Positions 29,026 through 39,750 of a DNA stretch of 64,000 nt are shown piece after piece. Position 1 is the stretch's first letter. Every line of letters starts with the position of its first letter. The DNA lies in contig JASLOB010000001.1 in assembly GCA_030745695.1 (NCBI GenBank), forward strand, positions 936 through 64,935. The letters run 5' to 3'. Below the pieces are notes generated by a model, which ran no database searches, had not been told where the DNA came from, and saw nothing but the letters and a program-made list of their open reading frames with translations. The translations under genes were made by a program, and so were the position numbers. The DNA is from Candidatus Nanoarchaeia archaeon (GTDB lineage: Archaea > Nanobdellota > Nanobdellia > SCGC-AAA011-G17 > JACPNG01).

Positions 29026-31692
29026 TTAATTCTTGGCTCTTGCACTTAAATAAACTCTTTCTCCATCCCCTGCTTTTTTAATAACAATTAAACTACTTCT
29101 TTGTAATCTTAGTATAGCATCATTAAAACTTGATTTAGACAATCCTAATTTATTCATCAAATCTTGTTTTAGAAGTCCATCTGTTTTAATTAATCTATTA
29201 ATCATTATTTTTTCTGTTTTATTCATTAGATTCATAATGATTAATAGATTTGTATATTTCTTTTTTTTAAACAATTTTAAGATATCTAGAATCTTATCTT
29301 TAAATCTCATAATTAGATAAGCAGCTAATAAAGACAATAAAATTATTATTAAAGAAAAAGGAGAAGATTCTTTCTTGAATTCTTCTGTAACCCCTACATC
29401 TTTAATTAAATAAAACATTGATTTATCAAAATTCTTTTTTGTAAAAAATCCATAATTATCTTTCTTACATATAATTCCCATTAATAGATCATTCTTTTGG
29501 CCAAAGGTATAAATATCTTGTTTGCTTGGTTCACAAATTCCGTCAGGGTGACTATGAATTGTTCCTAGATTATTTAATTTAGAACAATCTTGTGCTTCTA
29601 TTGCAGCTATACTTTTACTTACAGTTGGAACTTCTTCTAAATCATAAATTTGATATCTTCCATTATTATAATCTCCTTTTATACAAGCCACAAATTCTAC
29701 ATCTCCACTTTCTTGATACAATTCATATAATCTATTATTAACATCTGATTCAATTATTATTGTAGCACTATGATCTACCCCACTTATCAAAGAAAAAGAA
29801 ATTGTAGATAAATTTAGATATAATATAACTAATGAAAATACAATAAATAATAAAGCTACAATAAATATTCCAATATCTTGTTTTGAAATCTTTCTTTTTT
29901 TAACATGATAATACAAATAAACTAAACTTGGAACTAAGATTAAAGTTATTACTAACCATCTAAAAAAAGAACTTAGATTAGATCTTGTAACACATTGTCC
30001 ACTATTATCACAATATTGATCTATGGAGCATACAGCATCTCTACAATTATTACAAGTTTCTCCTGAATCTATTACTCCATTACCACATAAAGTTTCTACT
30101 TCTGGAGTTTCAGTTATAGTTGTTGATCTTATCTCTCCTAATAACCCACTAAACAAATCACTTGCTTTTTTTCTTATTCCTTTTTCTTCTACTTCAATTT
30201 CTTCTTGTTTTATTTCTTCTAATAAAATTTCAATTTCTTCTTGTTGTTCTTGATCTTCTTCTTTTATGTTTCCTAATACTCCTTCTACCTCTTCTAAGAT
30301 CATACTTTTTAGTTGTGTTGTTCCTAAGGGTGTTGATTCTGTGTTAACTAATTGACAACCCTCATCTACTGCTCCATTACAATTATTATCTATATTATCA
30401 CATATTTCTACTGAAGAGGAACCTAAACTTGCACTACATCCTACTATATCCCTGCCTTTACATTCAAACACTCCAGAATTTTGACATATCCCAAATCCAA
30501 CACTACATACTCCTCCAAGTTTATACCCTTCGTCTACTGTTCCATCACAATTGTTATCTAAACCATCACATATCTCTTCAGAACTTTTTATTCCACCCTC
30601 ACATAAAGTGCCCCATAACCCATTTTGACATGTTTGCTCACCTTTTTCACAAACCCCTTCATCAATTCCACAAGGCCTTTTACTTCCAGTATTACAAACA
30701 CAACCCTCGTCTACTGTCCCATCACAATTGTTATCTAGATTATCTATACATACTTCTGTTTGACTATAAGTAGAGATAGTGTTGTAATCACATGACTGGT
30801 ATCTTCCATCTACACATAAATGTTTACTTCCACTACAAACACCATCTTGATTTGAACAGCTTTTTGTTTGTCCTTCTTCACATTCTCTACAATCAGGATC
30901 ATTAATATCAGTAAAACCATCACAATCATTATCAATATTATCAAAACACTGAGGATCGTTCAAATTTCCAGTGAATGATTCTCCTGATGGTTGTTTAAAA
31001 GTAGGAACACTAGGTGTGCCTTGAGATGCACTAGAGAAATAACATGTTTTAGCTCCAAAAGTATCACAAACAGTTTGTTTAGAACATGTAATCTTTGAAC
31101 CCCCTGAACAACTCCACCCATTAATACTGCAACTTTTTGTTTGAGATGTAGTAAAATAACTTAATCCTTCAAAGTATCCAGCTTGTTTACAACTAATTTG
31201 GTGATAAGGTTCTTTTCCACCACTACAACATTCAATTCCATCTCTCTCCCCCCCTGAATCCAAATCACAAGAGTTACTACAACAAACGTCTCCACTAGAA
31301 CAAGAACAAGATAAGAATACACTAGACCCCACTCTAGCTATGTTAACATCGCCAGGATAATTTAATCTTAATCTCTCTACATATGTTGGAGAAAATTCAA
31401 TATATACTTCAGTAAAAGTTCGACTGCCAATTCTTGGGGTATTGCCTAAAAAAATTCCAGAATCAAATTCGGAGTTAACATTCTCAACTCGTAAAATCTG
31501 CCCCTTTTCTTCATCACTAACATAAATAGTTACTTTAGAGATTTTAGCATTAATAGGCTCTGAAATAAATCCAGTTACTATACCTCCTGAACCAAGATTT
31601 CTAAAAGAGATATCTCTTTCTTGAGATGAAACAAAATTTAATGATAATATAAATAGAACTAGAAGTATTAAGATAAAACCTCTTTTTTTCAT
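29026..31692 (-). CDS. multidomain membrane protein: signal peptide, Cys-rich repeats, 2 TM, JAB/JAMM domain, TM, winged-helix
   Basis: Four C(x)DxxDNxCxGxxD repeats; VEF...HSHPDGICEPSKQD; three TM helices; C-terminal QDLMNKLGLSKSSFNDAILRLQ. Confidence 0.85.
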   Translation of the reverse strand: MKKRGFILILLVLFILSLNFVSSQERDISFRNLGSGGIVTGFISEPINAKISKVTIYVSDEEKGQILRVENVNSEFDSGIFLGNTPRIGSRTFTEVYIEFSPTYVERLRLNYPGDVNIARVGSSVFLSCSCSSGDVCCSNSCDLDSGGERDGIECCSGGKEPYHQISCKQAGYFEGLSYFTTSQTKSCSINGWSCSGGSKITCSKQTVCDTFGAKTCYFSSASQGTPSVPTFKQPSGESFTGNLNDPQCFDNIDNDCDGFTDINDPDCRECEEGQTKSCSNQDGVCSGSKHLCVDGRYQSCDYNTISTYSQTEVCIDNLDNNCDGTVDEGCVCNTGSKRPCGIDEGVCEKGEQTCQNGLWGTLCEGGIKSSEEICDGLDNNCDGTVDEGYKLGGVCSVGFGICQNSGVFECKGRDIVGCSASLGSSSVEICDNIDNNCNGAVDEGCQLVNTESTPLGTTQLKSMILEEVEGVLGNIKEEDQEQQEEIEILLEEIKQEEIEVEEKGIRKKASDLFSGLLGEIRSTTITETPEVETLCGNGVIDSGETCNNCRDAVCSIDQYCDNSGQCVTRSNLSSFFRWLVITLILVPSLVYLYYHVKKRKISKQDIGIFIVALLFIVFSLVILYLNLSTISFSLISGVDHSATIIIESDVNNRLYELYQESGDVEFVACIKGDYNNGRYQIYDLEEVPTVSKSIAAIEAQDCSKLNNLGTIHSHPDGICEPSKQDIYTFGQKNDLLMGIICKKDNYGFFTKKNFDKSMFYLIKDVGVTEEFKKESSPFSLIIILLSLLAAYLIMRFKDKILDILKLFKKKKYTNLLIIMNLMNKTEKIMINRLIKTDGLLKQDLMNKLGLSKSSFNDAILRLQRSSLIVIKKAGDGERVYLSARAKN
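30530..30737. repeat. 31-nt direct repeat (30530-30560 and 30707-30737) encoding the DNNCDGTVDE repeat
   Basis: tcgtctactgt[t/c]ccatcacaattgttatcta, 30/31 identical. Confidence 0.9.
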
Positions 31693-31797
31693 AAAAATAA
31701 TAAAGAATTTTTGTATTTAAAGTTTCTTAGTTAATTAATCTCTTTTTTAAGATAGTATACTAAAATATTCTTTATAAAAATATTGTCTTATAATTCT

Positions 31798-32132
31798 TTA
31801 GAAAAGTACATCCTTTGATTTCCCTCCAAAAGCTTCAGAGAATTTTTGGAATTCATTTTGATTTAATGCTCCTTCTAACTTACCTTCGTTATTTGCTCTA
31901 TGCGTATAAAATGAAGCATGATTTGAATATGGGACTTGCCCTTTAACAAAAGATTTTGGAGGAAAAGATAAAGTTTCACGATCATCTGCTCTCTCATGCC
32001 TTTTACATCCTAACTCATCACACCACCAATGATATCCTACTTTATACGTACTCTCCCTCTTTATTCTAGCATAATAAACATGTTGATGTTTGCATTAGGA
32101 TTACCTTCTTGAACTACTTCTACTTCTGACAT
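31798..32132 (-). pseudogene. frameshifted small Cys/His-rich ORF
   Basis: MSEVEVVQEGNP, then a frame switch near 32095 to CKHQH...WWCDELGC..., open to TAA at about 31798. Confidence 0.45.
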
Positions 32133-32137
32133 TTTTA

Positions 32138-33769
32138 TCACATCATTCCAGGTGGCATTCCACCCATTCCACTAGGAGGCATTCCTGCTCCACCTTTATC
32201 TCCAACACCTGCTATAATATCATCAATCCTTAAGATTAACTCAGCAACTTCAGAAGCTGATTTAACTGCTTGGGTTTTTATTTTTAGTGGTTCAATAACT
32301 CCAGAGTTCCATGCATCTCCAACTTTTCCAGAGAAAACATCTATTCCTGCCCATTTAACATTTTTATCATGTTGACTTTTTAATTCAGTTAACATATCAA
32401 TTGGATCTAATCCAGCATTTTCTGCTAATGTTCTTGGAATTATTTCAATAGAATCAGCAAAAGCTAATACAGCTAATTGTTCTCTTCCAGATAAACTATT
32501 AGCATAATCTCTTAGTTGTTTAGCTGTTTCTACTTCAGGTGCTCCGGCTCCTGCAACAACTTTTCCATCTCTTAATGCAGCTGCAACATCCCCAATAGCA
32601 TCTTTTATCGCTCTCTCGACTTCATCAACAACATGTTCAGTTCCACCTCTAACTAAAATTGTAACAGCTTTTGGATTTGAACATTCTTTAACAAAAGTCA
32701 TTTCTTCATCTCCAACTTTTGTTTCTTCTACTACTCCAGAGCTTCCCAACTCTTCATTAGACAACTCTTTTAAGTTTGTTATTACTTTAGCTCCAGTTGC
32801 TCTAGCTAATTTATCCATATCAGATTTTTTAACTCTTCTACAAGCATAGATATTAGATTTAGCTAAATAATGTTGTGCAATATCATCAATACCTTTTTGA
32901 CAAAATACAACATTAGCTCCCGAATTTATTATTTTATCTGTCATCTCTTTTAACATTCTTTCTTCTTGATCAATAAACTCTTGTAATTTTAAAGGATCAT
33001 TTATCTCAATTTTAGCATCAGTTTCTGTTGATTTAATTTCTATTGTAGTATCTAACAACAAAATTTTAGCTTCTTTAACAATTCTTGGCATTCCTGAATG
33101 AACTCTTTCTTTATCCAATAAAATTCCTTTAATTAATTCAGAATCTTCAGTTCCATCTCCAACTTTTTTTTCTAATTTAACATTATCAATATCAATATGT
33201 AATGTATCATTCTCTTTATCTGCAACCATCTTAATTCCTTCTACAGTTAAATCTGCTAATTTTTCTTTAGAAGCTTCCGCACCTTTTCCTGTCATTGCGG
33301 TAATTGCAATACTTTTTAATATTTCATTATCTGATTCAGAAATATCTTCAGCTATAGAAGCAAGAATCTCTTGAGATTTATCAGCAGCTAATCTATAACC
33401 TTTAGCTATAACAGTTGGATGGATATCTTTTTCTAATAAATCTTCAGCACTCTTTAATAATTCTCCAGCCAATACAACAGCTGTAGTAGTTCCATCACCA
33501 ACTTGATTTTCTTGGGTTTTTGCTACCTCTACTAACATTTTAGCAGCTGGATTTTCTATGTTCATCTCTTCTAAAATTGTTACACCATCATTAGTAACTG
33601 TTACATCACCTAAAGAATCTACTATCATTTTATCCATTCCTTTAGGTCCTAAAGTAGTCCTTACTGTTTCAGCTACTTGTTTAGCAGCTAAGATATTACT
33701 CCTTTGGGCATCTTTTCCCATTGTTCTTTGGTACCCTTCAGGAAGTATGAATATTGGTTGTGTTGTCAT
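32138..33769 (-). CDS. ths: thermosome (group II chaperonin)
   Basis: [23 protein letters not shown] tail. Confidence 0.98.
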   Translation of the reverse strand: MTTQPIFILPEGYQRTMGKDAQRSNILAAKQVAETVRTTLGPKGMDKMIVDSLGDVTVTNDGVTILEEMNIENPAAKMLVEVAKTQENQVGDGTTTAVVLAGELLKSAEDLLEKDIHPTVIAKGYRLAADKSQEILASIAEDISESDNEILKSIAITAMTGKGAEASKEKLADLTVEGIKMVADKENDTLHIDIDNVKLEKKVGDGTEDSELIKGILLDKERVHSGMPRIVKEAKILLLDTTIEIKSTETDAKIEINDPLKLQEFIDQEERMLKEMTDKIINSGANVVFCQKGIDDIAQHYLAKSNIYACRRVKKSDMDKLARATGAKVITNLKELSNEELGSSGVVEETKVGDEEMTFVKECSNPKAVTILVRGGTEHVVDEVERAIKDAIGDVAAALRDGKVVAGAGAPEVETAKQLRDYANSLSGREQLAVLAFADSIEIIPRTLAENAGLDPIDMLTELKSQHDKNVKWAGIDVFSGKVGDAWNSGVIEPLKIKTQAVKSASEVAELILRIDDIIAGVGDKGGAGMPPSGMGGMPPGMM

Positions 33770-33900
33770 TTTTTTATCTCCTTATCTATTGTATAGAAGC
33801 CTCTTTTCCTAATTAAGATGACTTAAATTCTATATTTAAATCTTTCTATCCTTTACCATAATCCTATTTATATACTATACTTAGTTTTCTATAAAACGGG

Positions 33901-35583
33901 ATGGTCCGTAAAGAAGATTTAGCAAACAAAACACCAGATGAGTTCTTTTCATCTTTTCCAGAGGGATATATCTCAAATAAAACAAAATACATTATTGTTA
34001 CAGGATCAGTTATATCAGGTGTAGGAAAAGGAACATTTACTTCTTCTTTATGCAATTTATTAAAATGGAATGGACTTAAAGTTCATCCTATAAAATTTGA
34101 TGGTTATCTAAATTATGATGCAGGGACATTAAATCCATTTAGACATGGTGAGGTATTTGTATTAGATGATGGAACTGAATGTGATTTAGATTTAGGGTCA
34201 TATGAAAGAATGACAAATCAAAATCTAACAAAAGATAACTACTTAACCTCTGGTAAAATATTTAAAAATATAGTAGATAAAGAGAGAGCAGGATTATATC
34301 TAGGAAGAGATGTTCAATTTGTACCTCATGTAAGTGGAGAAATTAAACATTTTATAAGAAGATGTGCTCTTAATTACAACCCAGATATAGTTATTGTTGA
34401 AGTTGGAGGGACTGTAGGAGACTTAGAAAATTCTTATTTTTTAGAAGCTATGAGAGAACTAGCTTATGAAGAAAAAAAAGATAATGTTTGTTTTGTCAAT
34501 GTAACTTACATATTAAAACCTGGAACTTTAGGAGAACATAAAAGTAAAGCAGCCCAGTTAGGAATAAGAACTTTGATGGAGCGAGGAATCCAACCAAATA
34601 TTATTGTTTGTAGAAGTGAAGGGTTAATTAAAGATAGTATAAAAGAAAAAATAAGTATAAGTTCTAATGTCCCAATTGATAGAGTTATTAATCTACATGA
34701 TGTTGACACAATCTATGATATCCCTCTATTTCTTAAAGAGAAAGAGATAGACAAAATGATTTTAGATACTCTAGGACTAAAAATTAAAGAAAACTATCTA
34801 ATAGACCCAAATGAATGGAAAAGTTTAGTAACTAAAATAAATGATTCTAATAAAAATATTACAATTGCCATCACTGGAAAATATACTGGAGTTCATGATT
34901 CTTATTTAAGTATACTAAATGCAGTTGAACATTCTGCACCTTATCTAAATGCTAAAATAAATCTAAAATGGATAGAGACTACTAATCTAAATAAAGATAA
35001 TGTCAAAGAAGAATTAAAAAATATTGATGGGGTTATAGTTCCAGGTGGATTTGGAGAGAGGGGTGTTGAGGGAAAAATTGAATATATTAGATATTGTAGA
35101 GAAAATAAAATTCCTTTCTTAGGATTATGTTATGGATTTCAAATGGCAGTTATTGAATTTGCAAGAAATGTTTGTGATTTAAAAAATGCAAATACTACAG
35201 AAATAAAACAAACAGAAGATCCAGTTGTTTATATTCTACCAGAACAAGAAGAAATAAAAGATTTAGGTGGAACAATGAGATTAGGTGGTTTTGATATGGA
35301 TCTTAAAAAAAATACTCTAGCTTTTAGGTTATATAAAAATAACAAAGTTAGAGAAAGATTTAGACATAGATACAATGTTAATCCAAAGTACATAGAAACA
35401 TTAGAAAAAAATGGAATGATATTTTCAGGAGTAGCTCCTGAAAAAAAGATAATGCAGATTCTAGAATTGAAAGACCATCCTTACTTTTTAGGAACTCAGT
35501 ATCATGCTGAATTTACTTCTAAACCTTTAAACCCAAGTCCTATTTTTATAGGGTTTATAGAAGCTTGTTTGAATAAAAAATAG
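33901..35583 (+). CDS. pyrG: CTP synthase
   Basis: SGVGKG, HGEVFV, VPGGFG, GLCYG, ERFRHRY, QYHAE. Confidence 0.97.
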   Translation: MVRKEDLANKTPDEFFSSFPEGYISNKTKYIIVTGSVISGVGKGTFTSSLCNLLKWNGLKVHPIKFDGYLNYDAGTLNPFRHGEVFVLDDGTECDLDLGSYERMTNQNLTKDNYLTSGKIFKNIVDKERAGLYLGRDVQFVPHVSGEIKHFIRRCALNYNPDIVIVEVGGTVGDLENSYFLEAMRELAYEEKKDNVCFVNVTYILKPGTLGEHKSKAAQLGIRTLMERGIQPNIIVCRSEGLIKDSIKEKISISSNVPIDRVINLHDVDTIYDIPLFLKEKEIDKMILDTLGLKIKENYLIDPNEWKSLVTKINDSNKNITIAITGKYTGVHDSYLSILNAVEHSAPYLNAKINLKWIETTNLNKDNVKEELKNIDGVIVPGGFGERGVEGKIEYIRYCRENKIPFLGLCYGFQMAVIEFARNVCDLKNANTTEIKQTEDPVVYILPEQEEIKDLGGTMRLGGFDMDLKKNTLAFRLYKNNKVRERFRHRYNVNPKYIETLEKNGMIFSGVAPEKKIMQILELKDHPYFLGTQYHAEFTSKPLNPSPIFIGFIEACLNKK

Positions 35584-35618
35584 AAAATATTTATATAATA
35601 TATTAATCCTTTAATGAG

Positions 35619-37088
35619 ATGGAAGAAGAACATAGATTAGTTGCTCAAAGAAAACAAAAATTAAATGAATTAAGAAAAAATAATATTGAACCTTATCCTT
35701 ACAAATTCGATAAAAAAGATAATTCTAGAGACATTTTTGATAAATTTAAGAAATTAAAGAGAGAAGAAAAAACAAAAGATAAAGTCAGTTTAGCTGGAAG
35801 AATTATGTCATTAAGAATTATGGGAAAAGTTTCTTTTGGACATTTACAAGATTTTAGTGGGAGAATACAATTTTATGTTAAAGAAGATGAAATAGGGAAA
35901 CAAAATTATAAATTATTCAAAAAATTTGATATTGGAGACTTTGTAGGTATTAATGGAATAATATTTAAAACAAAGAAGGGGGAAACATCTATTTGGGTTA
36001 AAAAATTAGAGTTATTAACAAAATCTTTAAGGCCCCTTCCAGAAAAATGGCATGGGCTAAAAAATATAGAAACAAGGTATAGACAAAGATATTTAGATTT
36101 ATTAATGAATCACGATGTCAAAGAAATATTCTTAAAAAGATCTCAAATAATAAATGCAATAAGAGAATTTCTAAACTCCAAAGGTTTTATGGAAGTAGAA
36201 ACTCCTTTATTACAACCATTATATGGTGGAGCAAATGCCCGTCCTTTCAAAACAAAAATAAATGCATATAATATGGATATGTTTTTATCTATTTCTCCTG
36301 AGTTGTATCTTAAAAGATTAATCATTGGTGGATTTGAAAAAGTTTATACAATAAGCAAAAATTTTAGAAATGAAGGGGTAGATAAATCTCATAATCCTGA
36401 GTTTAGTATGTTAGAATTTTATTGGGCTTATGCAGACTATAATGATATAATGAAAATAACTGAAGATTTAGTTAATTTCGTGGCTAAAAAAGTTAACAAA
36501 TCCACTAAAATAAGATATCAAAGTAAAGATATCGAACTAAAAAAACCTTGGAAAAAACTTTCTATGAAAAATGCAATTAAAAAATATCTAAAAATTAATA
36601 TTGATAAATTTGATGATAAAAAAATTAAGAGTTATATGAAAGGAAATAATATAGAATATAAAGGTGATTTTAATAGAGGATTGGCAATTGAATTGATATT
36701 TGAATCTTTAGTTCAAGATAAATTAATTCAACCTGTATTTATTATAGACCATCCTAAAGAGTCTACTCCATTATGTAAACCTAAAAGAGGAGACCATCAT
36801 TTAATTGAAAGATTAGAACCATATGTTTATGGATGGGAAATTGGTAATGGTTATTCTGAGTTAAATGATCCAGAATTACAAAGAACGTTATTAAAAAAAC
36901 AATCAAACCAAAGATTAGTTGATGAAGAAAATCATCCAGTTGATGAAGATTTTATTAAAGCATTAGAATATGGAATGCCACCTACAGGAGGGATGGGTAT
37001 TGGAGTTGATAGATTGGCTATGATTTTAACTGATAGTCCAACAATAAGAGATGTTATCTTCTTTCCTTTTATGAAACCAGAAAAATAA
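35619..37088 (+). CDS. lysS: class II lysyl-tRNA synthetase
   Basis: OB fold, YRQRYLDL, FRNEG, HNPEF, GMPPTGGMGIGVDRL. Confidence 0.97.
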   Translation: MEEEHRLVAQRKQKLNELRKNNIEPYPYKFDKKDNSRDIFDKFKKLKREEKTKDKVSLAGRIMSLRIMGKVSFGHLQDFSGRIQFYVKEDEIGKQNYKLFKKFDIGDFVGINGIIFKTKKGETSIWVKKLELLTKSLRPLPEKWHGLKNIETRYRQRYLDLLMNHDVKEIFLKRSQIINAIREFLNSKGFMEVETPLLQPLYGGANARPFKTKINAYNMDMFLSISPELYLKRLIIGGFEKVYTISKNFRNEGVDKSHNPEFSMLEFYWAYADYNDIMKITEDLVNFVAKKVNKSTKIRYQSKDIELKKPWKKLSMKNAIKKYLKINIDKFDDKKIKSYMKGNNIEYKGDFNRGLAIELIFESLVQDKLIQPVFIIDHPKESTPLCKPKRGDHHLIERLEPYVYGWEIGNGYSELNDPELQRTLLKKQSNQRLVDEENHPVDEDFIKALEYGMPPTGGMGIGVDRLAMILTDSPTIRDVIFFPFMKPEK

Positions 37089-38894
37089 TTATTCAACAAC
37101 TAACCTTTTTTCTGTTCTTGAGATTATTCCTTTTACTCTACCTAACTCTTCTAAATTAACTATTATAGAATTCAATCCAACACTAACAAGAAAATCTATC
37201 ATTTCTGGATCTGAACTAATCCTTCCAATTAGATTAGTTTCTATATTAAATTGTCTACATACACTAATTACTTTTTGTATAGTTCTTAATAAAGAAGGAT
37301 GTTTCTCATTAAATAATTTAGCAGTTCTATCATTAAATTTATCTACTCCTAACATTAACTGTGTTAGATTATCAGTTCCAAATACAACAAATTTTATTCC
37401 TTCCTTACAAAAATTATCAATTATCTCACAATTAGAAGGAGTGTCCAACATTATTCCAATATCATTACTAATCCCAACTTCTTTCATTAAATCTTTTACT
37501 TGTCTTAATTCATTTATAGTTGTGATGAATGGTAAAACAATATTAATTTTTTCATAACCTAAATCATTTAATTTTTTGATAGCATTAAACTCTGCTCTTA
37601 GTATAACACTTTCATCTAAAGCTCTTCTAATTCCTCTCCAACCTATTAATGAATTTTTTTCATCTTCATTTATGATATCACTAGTTCTAATTAAGATGTT
37701 TTTGTTTCTAAAAGATCTCGTAACTTTTTCTATTTCAGTAATCAAAAAATTAATGTAATTATAATCATTTTCCTGTACTAGACTCATTGGATTAACTTGT
37801 CTTTTCTTGATTATATTCTCTAATTTTAGAAAAACACTATCTGCATCTATAGTAGCTTTATCTGAGTCATTAGTTTCTTCCAAATCTACTCCGATTTTTG
37901 TTATTGTCTCTAGATTAGGATTTTCTATCTCAGTTTTTTGTATTAATTCTTCTTGTATTGGTTTTAAATTTAATATGTATGCAGAGCCACTTTTGATAGC
38001 AAATTCTATTTGTTTTGGACCATAAGAATCTTTTATCTTAATAGAAAGGTCAACTAATTTATTTATCTCTAAATCATTTAATGTCTGTTCTCCTGATTTA
38101 AAACTTAAATTTCTTTTAGAATTTTTTTTAATATTTTCATCAAAATAAATCATAAATTCTTTAGATCCAATACTTGTTTCTTTAACTAAGAAATTATTTT
38201 TATCTACCACATGAATATCTGGTTGTACTAAGTTTGAGAGAATTGTTTCAGATATCCCATAATTTGATTTTATTGTTATATCGTTGTTAATTAAAATAAT
38301 TCCAGATTTATCAGGTTGAATTTGTTTTTGAATTATGATTGCGACTAGTGAGTCATGTGGTATATTATTCTTTGCCCTATAATGGACCAATTCTTTATTA
38401 TAATGTGATGACCAACATCGTTTTATAGCTTCTAAAAGATTAGTGTTTCCTTTAATATCCAAAAATGTCTCTGGATCTAATCCATTTATTGTAGAAGGTC
38501 TAAGAACAACAAAAGGGAGCTCTCTTCCAGATTTGATCATACTTAATGCAGCCGTATAACTAAAAGTTTCAGGGTCAACATTTAGATTACTATACTCCTC
38601 TAAAATTTCTTTATTAATATAATCAGGAAAAGGTGCTCTTATGATTAAATCTTGTATTTTTTCAATTACTTGTGTTAATTTTTCATTATTTTCAAAATTT
38701 AGATTATTCATTAAATCTAAAATAGTAGTTCTTATTCCAGAAAAATCTAAAAAATCTTTAAAGGATTCAGTTGTTAAAACAAATCCTGGTGGAGTGGGTA
38801 ATCCTTTATCATATAATTCACTTAAATCAATAGATTTTTTACCTACTAAATCAATATTATCTTTTTTGATTTTATTAAACCATATAATCTTCAT
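37089..38894 (-). CDS. degenerate PEP synthase-like protein lacking the phosphohistidine domain
   Basis: PPDK_N-like N-terminus (VGKK, PPGFV) joined directly to a PEP-binding barrel (IGWRGIR, PF, GTDNLTQ); no SHAAI. Confidence 0.8.
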   Translation of the reverse strand: MKIIWFNKIKKDNIDLVGKKSIDLSELYDKGLPTPPGFVLTTESFKDFLDFSGIRTTILDLMNNLNFENNEKLTQVIEKIQDLIIRAPFPDYINKEILEEYSNLNVDPETFSYTAALSMIKSGRELPFVVLRPSTINGLDPETFLDIKGNTNLLEAIKRCWSSHYNKELVHYRAKNNIPHDSLVAIIIQKQIQPDKSGIILINNDITIKSNYGISETILSNLVQPDIHVVDKNNFLVKETSIGSKEFMIYFDENIKKNSKRNLSFKSGEQTLNDLEINKLVDLSIKIKDSYGPKQIEFAIKSGSAYILNLKPIQEELIQKTEIENPNLETITKIGVDLEETNDSDKATIDADSVFLKLENIIKKRQVNPMSLVQENDYNYINFLITEIEKVTRSFRNKNILIRTSDIINEDEKNSLIGWRGIRRALDESVILRAEFNAIKKLNDLGYEKINIVLPFITTINELRQVKDLMKEVGISNDIGIMLDTPSNCEIIDNFCKEGIKFVVFGTDNLTQLMLGVDKFNDRTAKLFNEKHPSLLRTIQKVISVCRQFNIETNLIGRISSDPEMIDFLVSVGLNSIIVNLEELGRVKGIISRTEKRLVVE

Positions 38895-38952
38895 AAAGAT
38901 AATTTCGAGTAATGAAATATAAAGATTATTGTAAAACAGTTGTTTATAGAAT

Positions 38953-39459
38953 TTAAGTTATAGAACATTTACAAGGAAGTCTATGGATCCCATATTTTAA
39001 AGCATCTCTAGCAATATCCATATCTTTCTCATCTACATAAACACTAATTATTGGTTGATTAATCTTTACTTGAGCTGCTACACCCATAGCTTTACCAAAA
39101 GCTTTTTTCATACCAGAGCTCATTCTATCTGCTCCAGCTCCAGTCAATGCTTTATTTTCTCTTAAAACATGATGTGGATAAACTCTTAATTTGAAATGAT
39201 AATTATTTCCTAATGCTTTTACTAATCTTCTATTTACCCCTACTCTTGTAGACTCTAATGCATTATGACGAATTTGAATTCTTTCTTTAGAACATAAATC
39301 AACTTGTTTTTTAAATTTCTTTTTTGTGTTTCCTAGATCATACTTAACTATTTTACTAGGTGGAACTGATTTTATGAAAGCTTTTCTTCTAAATTTAGAT
39401 TTTCTTGTATATGCTCTTGTTAATTTAGAATAACATCTACCTTTTCTCAATCCTGCCAT
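38953..39459 (-). CDS. rpl10e: 50S ribosomal protein uL16 (L10e)
   Basis: QIRHNALES.R, YPHHVLRENK, GADRMSSGM. Confidence 0.97.
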   Translation of the reverse strand: MAGLRKGRCYSKLTRAYTRKSKFRRKAFIKSVPPSKIVKYDLGNTKKKFKKQVDLCSKERIQIRHNALESTRVGVNRRLVKALGNNYHFKLRVYPHHVLRENKALTGAGADRMSSGMKKAFGKAMGVAAQVKINQPIISVYVDEKDMDIARDALKYGIHRLPCKCSIT

Positions 39460-39715
39460 TATCTATCTCCACTTCTGTTCCAATACTTTGTCCTGGAAGA
39501 CCTTTTTCAAATATGGCTCTTACAGCACCACTATTTCCATGTTCTTTAACAATTTGTCCTTTAATTTCTTTAGATTTAGGACTTTTCCATACAACATTTT
39601 TATTTACTAATTTATTAGCTTTTTCTTTATTATCTATAGAACTAACTTTTATGATCATATGATTATTATATTGAGTATGTTTTCCCCCTCTAAAATTTGC
39701 TATAATACCTTTCAT
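39437..39715 (-). CDS. rpl35ae: 50S ribosomal protein eL33 (L35Ae)
   Basis: FRGG.HTQ, HGNSGAVRA.F.KGLPGQ. Confidence 0.95.
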   Translation of the reverse strand: MKGIIANFRGGKHTQYNNHMIIKVSSIDNKEKANKLVNKNVVWKSPKSKEIKGQIVKEHGNSGAVRAIFEKGLPGQSIGTEVEIDNGRIEKR

Positions 39716-39750
39716 TTTAATTTATTGAGAATCTCTATTTAAAAAAGTTT

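Noticed and set aside
32060..32100. BHB mRNA intron explaining the frameshift (also tested at 22745-22770)
   Set aside because: Hairpins exist, but excision at the BHB-like sites does not restore the reading frame.
35619..37088. Class II LysRS as a novelty
   Set aside because: Already known from several archaeal lineages.
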